NCBI GenBank assembly: GCA_963767005.1
Contig: CAVYCN010000002.1
Location: forward strand, 480,001-544,000
Reading direction: 5' to 3'
Origin: an uncultured Actinomycetes bacterium
GTDB taxonomy: Bacteria > Actinomycetota > Thermoleophilia > UBA2241
DNA: 64,000 nucleotides
Both the position numbers and the translations under genes were made by a program. Under the pieces are notes generated by a model that did not search any database, was not told where the DNA came from, and saw only the letters and a list, made by a program, of their open reading frames with translations. This document shows positions 9,883-19,461 of this stretch, piece by piece (position 1 is the stretch's first letter; the number at the start of each line of letters is the position of its first letter).

Positions 9883-10484
9883 TGCGCACCTGCCAGCGCC
9901 GTGGCGTTCCCGGACGGAGTCCACTGGTAGCCGTTGATCGTGAGCTTGATGTCAAGATCGGGATACGGGTTCTTCGAGCTCTTGCCGAGCGACAGGCCGA
10001 CGACGGAGAACATGCGGCCCGTGGCGTTGAACTGCTGGTTGCGCAGGGTGACGTAGTTCTCGAGCCGGTAGAGGAAGTCCTCGGCATCGAAGTAGCGCCC
10101 GTCGAGCTCGAGCTGGATGGGCTGCACCGAGAACGGCACCCCGGCCGCCGTGGCCTGCGGGTTGACACTCAGTATCGTGAGACCGGAGTCCTGCGCCGTC
10201 CCGACGATCCCGCGGATGAACGACGGGATCGCGGCCTCGGACGGCATGATCTCGTGGAGCTTGATGAGGTCGGCCTCGGCCTGCGGAGCGGTCTTCTTGA
10301 CGAGCAGTAGTTGGCGGATCTGCATTTGCGTCTGCTGTAGCGTGTTCTGCTGGCTCACGAGCTGGGTGTTCAGGGCGGCGACCTTCTTTTGCTCGGGCGA
10401 GTACAGGAAGAAGTACCAGAGCACGCCCACGACGGCCGCGACGACGCCCACGATGATGTAGAGCTCACGGCTGCGCAGCTTCAT
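9879..10484 (-). CDS. pilO: Type IV pilus assembly protein PilO
   Basis: TM helix, coiled coil, 'MPSEAAIPSFI', 'GRYFDAEDFLYRLEN'; position after pilN. Confidence 0.85.
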   Translation of the reverse strand: MKLRSRELYIIVGVVAAVVGVLWYFFLYSPEQKKVAALNTQLVSQQNTLQQTQMQIRQLLLVKKTAPQAEADLIKLHEIMPSEAAIPSFIRGIVGTAQDSGLTILSVNPQATAAGVPFSVQPIQLELDGRYFDAEDFLYRLENYVTLRNQQFNATGRMFSVVGLSLGKSSKNPYPDLDIKLTINGYQWTPSGNATALAGAQ

Positions 10485-11155
10485 CACTGTCCACCTCCCA
10501 TGGTGATCGCCGGTGCCGCGGGAGCCAGAGGAGGCGCCGCCGCGAACGGCCGCAGGCTGGCGGTGATGCTGAAGACGCAGTCGGTCGCGGGCGACGACGA
10601 CTGCGCCGACGAGACCAGCTTGATGTTCATGAGCTGCGGCATCATGCCGAGCTGCGTGAGGAACGTCGCCACCTCGTCCTGCGAGGCGTACGCGGTGCTC
10701 AGGTTCGCGTCGCCGGTCATCGCAAGATCGCCGGCGAAGGTCGTCGTGGCGCTGGCGTTGGTGTCGTTGGCGCCGGCCACCATGTAGGGCGGCACGATGA
10801 GGCTCATGGTCTGGATCGACACGCCCTGCGGGATCAGCAGGGCGATCTCGTCGAGGACGTTCGAGACGATGATCCGGGAATTGTAGATCTGGGTCGCCGC
10901 GAGCTGCATCGCCTGGCGTTGGACCTGCATGGTCTGGTAGGGGCGCAGCGCGGCGACCTGGACGTTGGCGGCGTCGATCTGGGCCGCCACGTCGTTGATC
11001 TGGGTCTGCTTGGCCGACACCTGGCGGAACTGCAGGAAGTACAGTCCGCCCAGCACGACCACCAGGGCGATGAGACCCACGATGGCGAGCAGCAGACCCT
11101 GCTCGCGCGCGGCCCTGGTGCGCTCTTCGGGTGGAAGCAGGTTGATCCGAGTCAT
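10484..11155 (-). CDS. pilN: Type IV pilus assembly protein PilN
   Basis: N-terminal RINLLP PilM-binding motif, TM helix, coiled coil. Confidence 0.9.
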   Translation of the reverse strand: MTRINLLPPEERTRAAREQGLLLAIVGLIALVVVLGGLYFLQFRQVSAKQTQINDVAAQIDAANVQVAALRPYQTMQVQRQAMQLAATQIYNSRIIVSNVLDEIALLIPQGVSIQTMSLIVPPYMVAGANDTNASATTTFAGDLAMTGDANLSTAYASQDEVATFLTQLGMMPQLMNIKLVSSAQSSSPATDCVFSITASLRPFAAAPPLAPAAPAITMGGGQ

Positions 11156-11161
11156 CGCGGC

Positions 11162-12271
11162 CTACCCCTCGTCGTCGAGAGCCAGCCCGATGGCGATCGC
11201 GAGCCGCGGCGCCATCCACTCGAGCTGGACTTCAGTCAGTTTGGTCTTGTTCTCGCCGACCTCACGCAGCGGGTTGCCGATCTCGACGGGGAGATGCAGC
11301 GTCTGCGAGAGACAGTACGCGATGTTACGGGTGAGGGCGCCGTCGCCGGTGAGGATGAGGCGCGAGATCTCCCCGGTGTGCTCCTGCGTGTGGTAGTAGT
11401 CGATCGAGCGTCGCAGCTCGTCGGCGAACGGCTCGCACGCCTGCTCGAGGACCTGGTGGATCTCTTGCTGGGTCTCGGGGGTGAGGTCGCCGGGCTGATC
11501 GGGCTGTTCGCCCGAGAGGCCTACCTGGATGCGCAGCGCCTCGGCCTCTTCGAACGAGACCGCACGATGCTGGACGAGCGCCTGGGTGAGCGTCTCGCCG
11601 CCCAGGTTGATGACGCGGGTGAACTGCGTAACGCCACCCGCTGCGATCACCAGGTTGGTGATGCCGCCGCCCATGTTGACGAGGGCCACGACCTCGGCAC
11701 CGTTGCCGTTGGAAGAGCCCTGGTCGATGAACGGCGTCCGCGGCGCGAGCGCCCTGATCATCGCGAAGGCCTGCAGGTCGATCCCGCCGATCACGAGGCC
11801 GGCCTTCTTGGCCACGTTGACGAACTGGCGAACCATCTCGCGCTGGGCGGCGACGAGCAGGATGCGCTGCTTGATACTGCCGTCCTCGGCGGCGTGCGTG
11901 GAGAGCAGCTTGTAGTCGAGGATGGCTTCGTCGACCGGGATCGGGATGTGCTCCTGGGCCTGGAACTCGATCGCGGCCCGAAGCTCTTTTTCGTCGATCT
12001 GCGGGAACTCCATCGTGCGGACGACGATCTTCTGGTTTGCTACACCGAGCTCGACGCTCTTGCTCGCGAACCCGCCCTCTTTCCAGAGGACTTTGAGCTC
12101 GTTGGCAAGGGCGTCGCCGTCGACGACCTCACCTTCGAACACGAGTCCCTCGGGAAGTCCGCGGATCGCAGCATGCGTCAGCACGTTGTGCTGCTTTCCG
12201 GGCTTGACCTGGACCGCAGCGATGGAGGACTGCTCCAGGTCGAGACCCACACGCATTCCGTTCTTGGCCAT
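11162..12271 (-). CDS. pilM: Type IV pilus assembly protein PilM
   Basis: Actin-like fold: VGLDL, AQEHIPIP..EAILDY, LLVAAQR, LILTGDGA, AIGLAL. Confidence 0.93.
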   Translation of the reverse strand: MAKNGMRVGLDLEQSSIAAVQVKPGKQHNVLTHAAIRGLPEGLVFEGEVVDGDALANELKVLWKEGGFASKSVELGVANQKIVVRTMEFPQIDEKELRAAIEFQAQEHIPIPVDEAILDYKLLSTHAAEDGSIKQRILLVAAQREMVRQFVNVAKKAGLVIGGIDLQAFAMIRALAPRTPFIDQGSSNGNGAEVVALVNMGGGITNLVIAAGGVTQFTRVINLGGETLTQALVQHRAVSFEEAEALRIQVGLSGEQPDQPGDLTPETQQEIHQVLEQACEPFADELRRSIDYYHTQEHTGEISRLILTGDGALTRNIAYCLSQTLHLPVEIGNPLREVGENKTKLTEVQLEWMAPRLAIAIGLALDDEG

Positions 12272-12305
12272 GGCCTACCCCGTTCGCCTCTGTTTCTCAG
12301 GCAGG

Positions 12306-12333
12306 TTGTCGGCATGTTGCCTACGACGCTTTA
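12306..12333 (-). promoter_or_regulatory. Sigma-28 (FliA/WhiG)-type promoter of pilM
   Basis: TAAA-N16-GCCGACAA on the minus strand, ~35 nt upstream of pilM. Confidence 0.75.
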
Positions 12334-12414
12334 GGTGAAAGTGGCCGCTCAAGGCACGCGGCGTCGACAGGCGCCGAGGGCCGCGGCGGCCGACGCCACC
12401 CGGCTGCGGAGCCC

Positions 12415-13638
12415 TCAGTCGCGCCATGAGACGTCGCGCGCGACGCGACTTCCGGGAGCGTCGAGCGTCCCCGAGAAGGCGACCTGCAGCGGTGCTCGTA
12501 CCACCAGGCGACCGGCGTACAGACCCCCGTCGACCTGCAGCGGCGCATCGACAGACAGCGTGCCGGTGACCACGAGCGCGCCGCTCAGCGCGGCCTGCCC
12601 CGCGCCGGCCGTGACGGTACAGTCGCCCAGCACGACCACGGTGACCGGACACGCCTGCGGCTCGCCGGCTCGTCGGCCCCACAGGGCGAGCCCCGCGGCC
12701 ACCTCGGGTGCGGTCACCACGAACATGCGACCGCCAGGCGGCAAGGCGGGGTCGCCGAGGGCGGGCGGTGCCGCCGTATCGAGCAGGCCGAGATCGAGCC
12801 CCTCCGCATCGAGCGCGCCGCCAGGGTCGGATGCGTGGGCGCGCCAGTCGGCGATCGTCGCCGGCGCCGGCGGCGCCACGAGCACAGCGGGCGGCACGAG
12901 GCCGGTGTCCGCGTCGGAGTCGCCGGGCGGCGCCGGCCCGGCGGCGACCGCATGCTCTTCGGCGCCGTTGGCGACAATGTGTCCGGCGGCGTGCACTCCG
13001 GCCGCCGACCACAGGCCGTCGTAGGCGAGGTCGGCGGGCGGCGCGTCCACGGCCGCCCCGCCGCCCACAGCCGCGCACGTCACCCATTCGCGCCCATCGA
13101 CGTCGCCGCCGGCATAGAAGCCGCAACCGGTCAGACTGACGCTTGCCTCGAGGTCGGCGTCGGCGCCGACCACGAGGCCGCGCGGCAGGCCGTCCGGCGT
13201 GACCAGCACCATGACCCGCAACGTGCGCGAGGCGTGTCCGCACACGCCGGTCGCCTGCACCCGGCAGGCCGAGATCCCCGGGTCGGCGGCGCCCAGCGCC
13301 GCCCCGGCGCTGAGACGCGGCACCAGGTCGCCGCCCGCCGGCGCTGATACGACAACCGAGTACGCGCCACCGCCGCACGCGATCGGCCCGAAGCTCGCCG
13401 GCAGTGTGGTCGGGCCCGCGCCGAGCCAGCCCCATCGCAAGCGCTCGAGAGCGTCGGTCACACCGGCCCGTGCCGCGTCGCCGGCCTGCGCCGCCGCGGC
13501 GTCGTCGGCGGCGATGGCGGTCGCAGAGAGTGTCACGGACACGAGCGTCGCGGTGCACAGCAGCGCGATCGAGGCGATGAGGAGGGCGGCGAGCAGGGCG
13601 AAGCCGCGCTCACCGCCCCGTCGTGCGCGGCGGCTCAC
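12415..13638 (-). CDS. PilX-like large minor pilin / pilus tip protein
   Basis: RRGGERG|FALLAALLIASIALL prepilin-like N-terminus lacking E5; last gene of the minor-pilin cluster; GTG overlaps upstream stop. Confidence 0.7.
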   Translation of the reverse strand: MSRRARRGGERGFALLAALLIASIALLCTATLVSVTLSATAIAADDAAAAQAGDAARAGVTDALERLRWGWLGAGPTTLPASFGPIACGGGAYSVVVSAPAGGDLVPRLSAGAALGAADPGISACRVQATGVCGHASRTLRVMVLVTPDGLPRGLVVGADADLEASVSLTGCGFYAGGDVDGREWVTCAAVGGGAAVDAPPADLAYDGLWSAAGVHAAGHIVANGAEEHAVAAGPAPPGDSDADTGLVPPAVLVAPPAPATIADWRAHASDPGGALDAEGLDLGLLDTAAPPALGDPALPPGGRMFVVTAPEVAAGLALWGRRAGEPQACPVTVVVLGDCTVTAGAGQAALSGALVVTGTLSVDAPLQVDGGLYAGRLVVRAPLQVAFSGTLDAPGSRVARDVSWRD

Positions 13639-14210
13639 GTCGGGCACGGCAGACACACCCGCCAGGTCGCGCGCGCCGTCTGCGCCCCGCTGCGCACGCC
13701 GACCGTGAGCGCGACGCAGCGTGCCAGCGAGAGCTCGTCGGCCGGCAGGGCGCCGCCCGCGTCGAGCGGCAGCGTCTGTCCACGAGCGTCGAGGTAGGCG
13801 ACACTGAACTCGTCGACCGCCTCGGCCAGGTGAGAGCTGGGGCTCTTGCGCCAGAGGACCCCGCGCCCGGCGTCGTAGCCGTAGGTCACGAGATCGGTAC
13901 CGGCGGCGTCGGTCGACGGCACCACGAAGGCGAGTCCGGTGGCGGAGCACGGCACAGCCGGACAGGCTACGAGTCCGAGCGACTCGCCGAGCTCGGCGGT
14001 GGTGAGGCGGCGCGTGGCGGCGATCGTCGATGCGGCATCGGCGCGTTCGACACCGGTCCGGCAGGAGCCGCAGAGAGTCCAGCACCAGGCCCAGGCCGCC
14101 GTCAGCACCACGCCCGCGACGGTGGTGGCGACGAGCAGCTCGATCAGGCTGAAGCCCGACGCCGGGCGGGCGCGCCGGGCCGCGCCGCAGGCGGTGGTCG
14201 TCGCGCTCAT
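13635..14210 (-). CDS. Minor pilin (PilW-like)
   Basis: RRARPASG|FSLIELLVATTVAGVVL prepilin signal. Confidence 0.8.
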   Translation of the reverse strand: MSATTTACGAARRARPASGFSLIELLVATTVAGVVLTAAWAWCWTLCGSCRTGVERADAASTIAATRRLTTAELGESLGLVACPAVPCSATGLAFVVPSTDAAGTDLVTYGYDAGRGVLWRKSPSSHLAEAVDEFSVAYLDARGQTLPLDAGGALPADELSLARCVALTVGVRSGAQTARATWRVCLPCPT

Positions 14211-14800
14211 GTCGGGCTCGGTGTCGCGACCGGGCAGAGGCCCGCGGGCCGATCGGCGATGACGAGGGTGCGCGTCACTGTGCCGCCGCGGCTGCCGGCC
14301 CGCCAGCGCGCCGAGACGCGCAGCAGCAGGACGGCAGCCGGCGGACACCCGCCGGCGGCGTGGTCGTACCCGCTGAGAAGGTCGGCGTCGAGCGGCTGCA
14401 GGCCGTCCGCGCCGGCGGCGAGGAACGTCGCGGCGATGGTGAGGGGCCCGCACGCCGCCTCGCGCACCGTGAAGAACGTGCCGGCGGGGCAGCCGTCGGT
14501 CGGCTCGCCCGCCCAGTAGGCCGTCGGCGTGTCGCGCACCGAAGCGGCGTGCGGGAAGACGGCGCCGAGAAGGTCGGCTGCCGGCGTGGCGCTCGCGGCC
14601 GCCGGGTCGTCGAAGGGCAGGGCGCGCAGTGCTTCGGCCTGAGCGTCGACGCCCGAGACCGCGGCCGCGCGACCCTGATCGGCGCCAGCCACCGCGCGGG
14701 CGCTCAGGCACGCCCCGGTCGCCGCGATCGAGATCGCCATGACCACGGCCGCCGCCACGGCGACCTCGATCAGCGTCATGCCGCGTCCGCTTACTGCCAT
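14207..14800 (-). CDS. Minor pilin (PilV-like)
   Basis: MAVSGRG|MTLIEVAVAAAVVMAI prepilin signal. Confidence 0.8.
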   Translation of the reverse strand: MAVSGRGMTLIEVAVAAAVVMAISIAATGACLSARAVAGADQGRAAAVSGVDAQAEALRALPFDDPAAASATPAADLLGAVFPHAASVRDTPTAYWAGEPTDGCPAGTFFTVREAACGPLTIAATFLAAGADGLQPLDADLLSGYDHAAGGCPPAAVLLLRVSARWRAGSRGGTVTRTLVIADRPAGLCPVATPSPT

Positions 14801-15231
14801 CGCACCCTGCCTCCGAGTTGCAACACCACGCTGGCGCTGGCGCCGGACCGGGTGAAGCTGAAGCTGCCGGCGCGCGGCGTGCCGCTGTCGGCGCAGGGCC
14901 AGCCCCACGGCCCGAACTGCACGACGCCGCCCGGGTAGTTCGAGCTGCAAGCCTCGTGGAACCGGCCGCGATCGACCACGACGGCACCACCGGCGGCGGC
15001 TTCGTCGCACTCGTAGCCGAGGCCCTGGTCGACGAGCCGCACCGACACGGCGTAGCCCGTCGCGGCGGCCACCGCTTGCGCGCGCCGCAGCACCAGTGCA
15101 AAGGACCGCGCGTCGGCGCCCGTCGCCGCGCGACCCGTGACCCAGGCCACGCCAGGCACCGAGACCGCGGCGATCGTCGAGGCGACGACCAGCACCGCGA
15201 GCAGCTCGGACAGGGTGTGACCACGTGACAC
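14791..15231 (-). CDS. Minor pilin (FimT/GspH-like)
   Basis: MSRG|HTLSELLAVLVVASTIAAVSVP; C-terminal VQFGPWG...GGRVR pattern. Confidence 0.78.
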   Translation of the reverse strand: MSRGHTLSELLAVLVVASTIAAVSVPGVAWVTGRAATGADARSFALVLRRAQAVAAATGYAVSVRLVDQGLGYECDEAAAGGAVVVDRGRFHEACSSNYPGGVVQFGPWGWPCADSGTPRAGSFSFTRSGASASVVLQLGGRVRWQ

Positions 15232-15479
15232 GGCATCCTCACTTTCAAGAGACGGCGGGGCGACGCCTGCGGCGCCGCCCCTCGATGCTAGCCTCGCCTC
15301 GCGCGCGCTGGCGACGTCCTTGGTGGCGCGCGCCGTTCACGTTCGCGATGGCCACGGGTGACGAAGCGATCAGGGGCCACGTCCACGGCGTCCGACGCGG
15401 CGCCGGGATCGGCGGATGGAGCGTCCGCGGCCGGGCACCTCTCGTCGTCGCGCGGAGCAGCGTTCGCCGCGGGCCGCCC

Positions 15480-16256
15480 CTAGCGGCGCAAGGCCGCGTG
15501 CAGGTACAGGTGGATCAGCTGGTCGCCGCAGAGCAGCGCGACGACGGCGCCCAGCGCCAGGAATGGCCCGAAGGGGATCGCCGTCCTGGTGCTGCGGCCG
15601 CGGGTCAGCAGCGCGACGCCGGCGGCGGCGCCGGCAACGAAGCCGATGAAGAGCGCCGGGATCACGGCCGTGCCGAGGAAGAAGCCCATGCACAGCGCGA
15701 GCTTGACGTCGCCCATGCCCATCCCCTGCATGCCGCGCAGCCGCTCGTAGACGAGGCTCACGCCGAGCAGCGCGCCGCCCGCGCCGAGGCCGCAGACGGC
15801 CCACAGCCACCGCGGCGCGCCGCCGGGATCGAGGACGGTCATGCCGACCACGCCGATCAACGCCACGGGCAGGATCACGACATCGGGGATGATGCGCTCG
15901 GCGATGTCGATGTCGCTGACCAGCACAAGCGCCGCGACCAGGAGCAGCTCGATCGGCAGCACGGGATGCGGACCGGTGACGGCGGCCACGCCGGCGAAGA
16001 GCGCGGCCGTGAGCGCCTCGACGGCCGGGTACCGTGGGCTGATGGGCGCGCCGCAGGCGTGACAGCGGCCGCGCAGCACGACCCACGACAGCAGCGGGAT
16101 GTTGTCGACGGCGCGGATCTGAGTGGTGCACGTCGGGCAGAACGAACGGCCGGCGGCCACGCTGATGCCGAGTGGCAGGCGGTACGCGCAGGCGTTCAGG
16201 AAGCTGCCGATGAGCAGCCCGAAGACACCCGCCACCGTGATGACGTAGGCGTCCAC
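15480..16256 (-). CDS. pilD: Prepilin peptidase/N-methyltransferase (A24)
   Basis: GSFLN..YRLP, SFCPTC, NIPLLSW..LRGRCHAC, YPAVE, GMGMGDVKL, IPFGPFL. Confidence 0.96.
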   Translation of the reverse strand: MDAYVITVAGVFGLLIGSFLNACAYRLPLGISVAAGRSFCPTCTTQIRAVDNIPLLSWVVLRGRCHACGAPISPRYPAVEALTAALFAGVAAVTGPHPVLPIELLLVAALVLVSDIDIAERIIPDVVILPVALIGVVGMTVLDPGGAPRWLWAVCGLGAGGALLGVSLVYERLRGMQGMGMGDVKLALCMGFFLGTAVIPALFIGFVAGAAAGVALLTRGRSTRTAIPFGPFLALGAVVALLCGDQLIHLYLHAALRR

Positions 16257-16292
16257 CCTAGCCCCTCTCCTCCGGCCGGGCCCCGCGCCTCA

Positions 16293-17063
16293 TCAGTAGC
16301 CCTGGAAGAGGTCGGCGACGAACTGCGAGAACAGGGCACGCGGTACCGAGGTCTTGAGGCCCGCCACCGCGCTCTCGCGCGCGACCTTGCCGGTCGGCAG
16401 GAGCTTGTCGAGCGCCGCCACGGCCTTCTGTCGCGCGTACGTATCGCCCGTCCTGTCGCCGGTCACCCAGACCTGCGTCCACAGGTCGATCGCGATCTGC
16501 GGGCTGTTGCCCTTGGTCGCGAGCTCGGCTGCCAGGCGCGGCACGAAGTCGGGCCTGCCCGGCAGGCGCGCGGCCTTCGCGTACCACTGAGCCGCGACGA
16601 CGTACCGCTGCGAGTTCGTCGCGTAGGTGTACGCGAAGAAGCCCAGATAAAAGGGGAACTGCCAGTTCCTCGGGTTGGCCGCGAAGCCGCTCTTGAGCAG
16701 CCCGTAGGCGACATCGGGCCGGCCGGCGTCGATCATCGCGAAGGCGCCGAAGAAGTAGGCCTGCGTGAAGTGGGGGCTCAAGTCGGTCACCAGGCGCACC
16801 ATGGCCGGCAGCGAATCGAGGCGATGGTCCGCGTTCACATGCTCGCCGTAGTACTGGATGGTCGCCAGCCAGTAGACGTCGCCCAGGGTGGCACGCATGC
16901 CGGGCGAGAAGCTGTGGTACAGCGTCGGCGACGGGACGAAGATGACAGGGTTGGGCCGGGCCGCCGCCGGCCTGTCCGACTGATAGCCGACGACCGCGAC
17001 CACGCAGGCACAGACCACGAGGAGCGCGGCGGCGTGGCGCAGGGCGCGCACTAGGCGCTCCAC
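16293..17063 (-). CDS. TPR-containing pilus accessory protein (Myxococcus PilG-like)
   Basis: N-terminal TM, DVYWLATIQYYG, TPR-like 'GLLKSGFAANPRNWQFPFYLGF'; follows ABC genes in the pil cluster. Confidence 0.6.
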   Translation of the reverse strand: MERLVRALRHAAALLVVCACVVAVVGYQSDRPAAARPNPVIFVPSPTLYHSFSPGMRATLGDVYWLATIQYYGEHVNADHRLDSLPAMVRLVTDLSPHFTQAYFFGAFAMIDAGRPDVAYGLLKSGFAANPRNWQFPFYLGFFAYTYATNSQRYVVAAQWYAKAARLPGRPDFVPRLAAELATKGNSPQIAIDLWTQVWVTGDRTGDTYARQKAVAALDKLLPTGKVARESAVAGLKTSVPRALFSQFVADLFQGY

Positions 17064-17108
17064 GCAGCCGAGGCGGCCTGAGCGATGACGACGGAGTCGT
17101 TCATCGGC

Positions 17109-17873
17109 CTAGAACTCCTTGCGCGCGAAGACCCAGGTGGCGGCGAACAGGGCGACGACGAGATACGCGACGAGGTAGCCGCTCCAGGCCGCGACGCTGG
17201 CGTGGCCGATCGCACCCTCGCCCACCACGGCGCCGCGCACGTCGATCGCGCTCAGGTTGGGCACCAGGTAGAACACGACCTTCGACAGCGCGTGGGTCAG
17301 ACTCGAGTGACCGAGGCGCGACAGCGAGAGCACGTTGTGGCTGAGCTGACCCGCGCCGTAGACGCAGATGCCCCAGACGCTCGCGAGTACGGCCGAGGTG
17401 AGGGTCGAGAAGAGGATGGTCATCGCCATGACGACGAGCAGCTGCAGGTAGATCAGCAGGCCCGCCACGAGCAGCGACCCCTGGGGCGGCCGCGCCACGA
17501 TCCAGGCGAGCGCGAAGAGGAACACGGTCATCCCCATGAGCACGACGAACATGGTCGCCGCCAGGCCCAGGAACTTGCCCCAGATGAACTCGCTGCGCGA
17601 GACCGGCTTGGAGAAGATGATGAACACGGTGCGCTTCTCGACCTCTTTGCGCACCAGGCTGGCGGCGACGAAGGCCGCGACGATCAGCCCGAAGAGGCTG
17701 ATCGCGACCAGGCCGAAGTCCTTGATCATGCGACCCTCCTGGCCCAGGCTGATGCTCGCCAGCCAGAGGCTCGCCACGATCATGGCGAGGGCGAACAGGA
17801 CGATGACGCCGAGGATGCGGTCGCGGATCGTCTCGCGGAACGTGTTCACGGCGACGGCAGCAACGCGCCTCAC
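17109..17873 (-). CDS. ABC-2 permease (PilI-like)
   Basis: NTFRETIRDR, KEVEKRTV..IFSKPVSR..FIWGKFLG; multiple TM helices. Confidence 0.88.
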   Translation of the reverse strand: MRRVAAVAVNTFRETIRDRILGVIVLFALAMIVASLWLASISLGQEGRMIKDFGLVAISLFGLIVAAFVAASLVRKEVEKRTVFIIFSKPVSRSEFIWGKFLGLAATMFVVLMGMTVFLFALAWIVARPPQGSLLVAGLLIYLQLLVVMAMTILFSTLTSAVLASVWGICVYGAGQLSHNVLSLSRLGHSSLTHALSKVVFYLVPNLSAIDVRGAVVGEGAIGHASVAAWSGYLVAYLVVALFAATWVFARKEF

Positions 17874-18664
17874 GACGCCACCACCTCCATGAAGAAGCGC
17901 TCCAGGTCGGCGCCGGGGCTCGACGCCAGGGCGTCGTCGATCGCCCCCTGCCACAGCACACGGCCGTGCCGCATGATCGCGATGCGGGTGCACAGGGCGG
18001 CGACGTCGGCCAGGACGTGCGAGTTGAACAGCACGGTCGTGCCGCGCTCGTGCAGGCGCTGGATGATCTCCTTGACCTCGACGCGGCCGATCGGGTCGAG
18101 CCCCGTCATTGGTTCGTCGAGCAACACGAAGCGGGGCTCGTTGATGAGCGCCTGAGCGATGCCGATGCGTTGCAGCATGCCCTTGGAGTACTTGCGCAGC
18201 TGCACGTGCGCGGCGCGCGCGAGACCGACCTCGTCGAGGATCGCGGCGATGCGGCGCTCACGCTCCTCTCGCTCGACCGAGAACAGGCGCGCGCAGAAGT
18301 GCAGGAACTCGGTGCCCGTCAGGTAGTCGTAGAAGTACGGGTTCTCGGGCAGGTAGCCGAGCTCGCCGAGCCCGTCGACGCCGAGCGTCACGGAGCCGCT
18401 CGTGGGGCGCATGAGGCCGAGCACGACCTTGAGCGTCGTGGTCTTGCCGGCGCCATTGGGGCCGAGCAACCCGAAGACGTCTCCTTCGCGCACCTCGAGG
18501 TCGACGCCGCGCAGGATCTCGACCTTGCGACGGCGGAAGCCGACCGCCACGGTCTTGCGCAGCTCGCGGACCTCGAGTGCGCGCGCGACCGTGTCTCGCA
18601 CGTCCCGAGCGACCTCTGTCGGATCTTGCCGGTTCATCTGCGCGTCTGTTACTGAGGCCCGCAT
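17870..18664 (-). CDS. ABC transporter ATP-binding protein (PilH-like)
   Basis: GPNGAGKTT, YLPENPYFY, YSKGMLQR, LLDEP, NSH. Confidence 0.92.
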   Translation of the reverse strand: MRASVTDAQMNRQDPTEVARDVRDTVARALEVRELRKTVAVGFRRRKVEILRGVDLEVREGDVFGLLGPNGAGKTTTLKVVLGLMRPTSGSVTLGVDGLGELGYLPENPYFYDYLTGTEFLHFCARLFSVEREERERRIAAILDEVGLARAAHVQLRKYSKGMLQRIGIAQALINEPRFVLLDEPMTGLDPIGRVEVKEIIQRLHERGTTVLFNSHVLADVAALCTRIAIMRHGRVLWQGAIDDALASSPGADLERFFMEVVAS

Positions 18665-18671
18665 GCAGATT

Positions 18672-18698
18672 CCTTCGGAACGTCGCCGAAATCCTTTA
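18672..18698 (-). promoter_or_regulatory. Sigma-28 (FliA/WhiG)-type promoter of the ABC-pilD operon
   Basis: TAAA-N15-TCCGAAGG. Confidence 0.6.
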
Positions 18699-18786
18699 GA
18701 GGTTGGCGTGGACTCTTAAAGCGCCGTTAATACAATCGATCATCGGACCGAGCGGCATCGGCGCGACCGGAGGGCGCCCTAAAGGC

Positions 18787-18821
18787 GCGGACCGGCGGCG
18801 CCTGGGGCGCCGCCGGTCCGC
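18787..18821. terminator. 16-bp stem-loop downstream of pilin 3
   Basis: gcggaccggcggcgcc-tgg-ggcgccgccggtccgc. Confidence 0.7.
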
Positions 18822-18866
18822 AACAAAATGAAAGACAAGAGGACGCTGGACTGCTCTGGCGAGTGC

Positions 18867-19268
18867 TTACGGGACGGTCCAGCCCCCTGAGTTCATGTGT
18901 CCGACGAGCGAGAAGCTCATGCCGCTGCCGCCCTGGGTGTAGGTGTAGTCACCGAGGCTCGAGCTGTCCTTCATGTCGACATTCGTGTAAGGGTTCTTGG
19001 GCCAGTTGTCGACGTACGGCGTGCCGCTCGAGTCCACAAGCGCTGCCCTGTTGGGTACCGTTGCTGGATAGAGGTCGGTGTGGTCGATCGCATAGCTGGC
19101 GATGCCCAGCTCGATGTTGTGCACGGCCCCCTTGACCGCCGCGTCCTTGGCCTTTTCGCGCTGATTCAGGAACATCGGGATCGCGATCGCGGCCAGGATG
19201 CCGACGATGATGATGACGATCAGGAGCTCGATCAGCGTGAAGCCGCGCTGACCTCGACGCCTTCTCAT
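18867..19268 (-). CDS. Type IV major pilin paralog 3
   Basis: MRRRRGQRG|[22 protein letters not shown]; strong RBS AAGGAGG. Confidence 0.93.
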   Translation of the reverse strand: MRRRRGQRGFTLIELLIVIIIVGILAAIAIPMFLNQREKAKDAAVKGAVHNIELGIASYAIDHTDLYPATVPNRAALVDSSGTPYVDNWPKNPYTNVDMKDSSSLGDYTYTQGGSGMSFSLVGHMNSGGWTVP

Positions 19269-19323
19269 CGTCGTCCACCTCCTTTCCGCCGTTCGTTGCT
19301 CATTCGTCTACTAGCCTGCCCAG

Positions 19324-19350
19324 ATGTCGGGCGTTTGGACGGAAACCTTA
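19324..19350 (-). promoter_or_regulatory. Sigma-28 (FliA/WhiG)-type promoter of pilin 3
   Basis: TAAG-N15-CCCGACAT. Confidence 0.6.
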
Positions 19351-19461
19351 GTGGCTGGCGCTCCGACGCGGCTACGCAGGGCGATTCCGAAGGCGGAGCC
19401 GGCTTCGGCTTCCTGGGCGCCGCGCTTGCCGGGCGGGGCATCGTTCCGGTACGTTGCGTTC

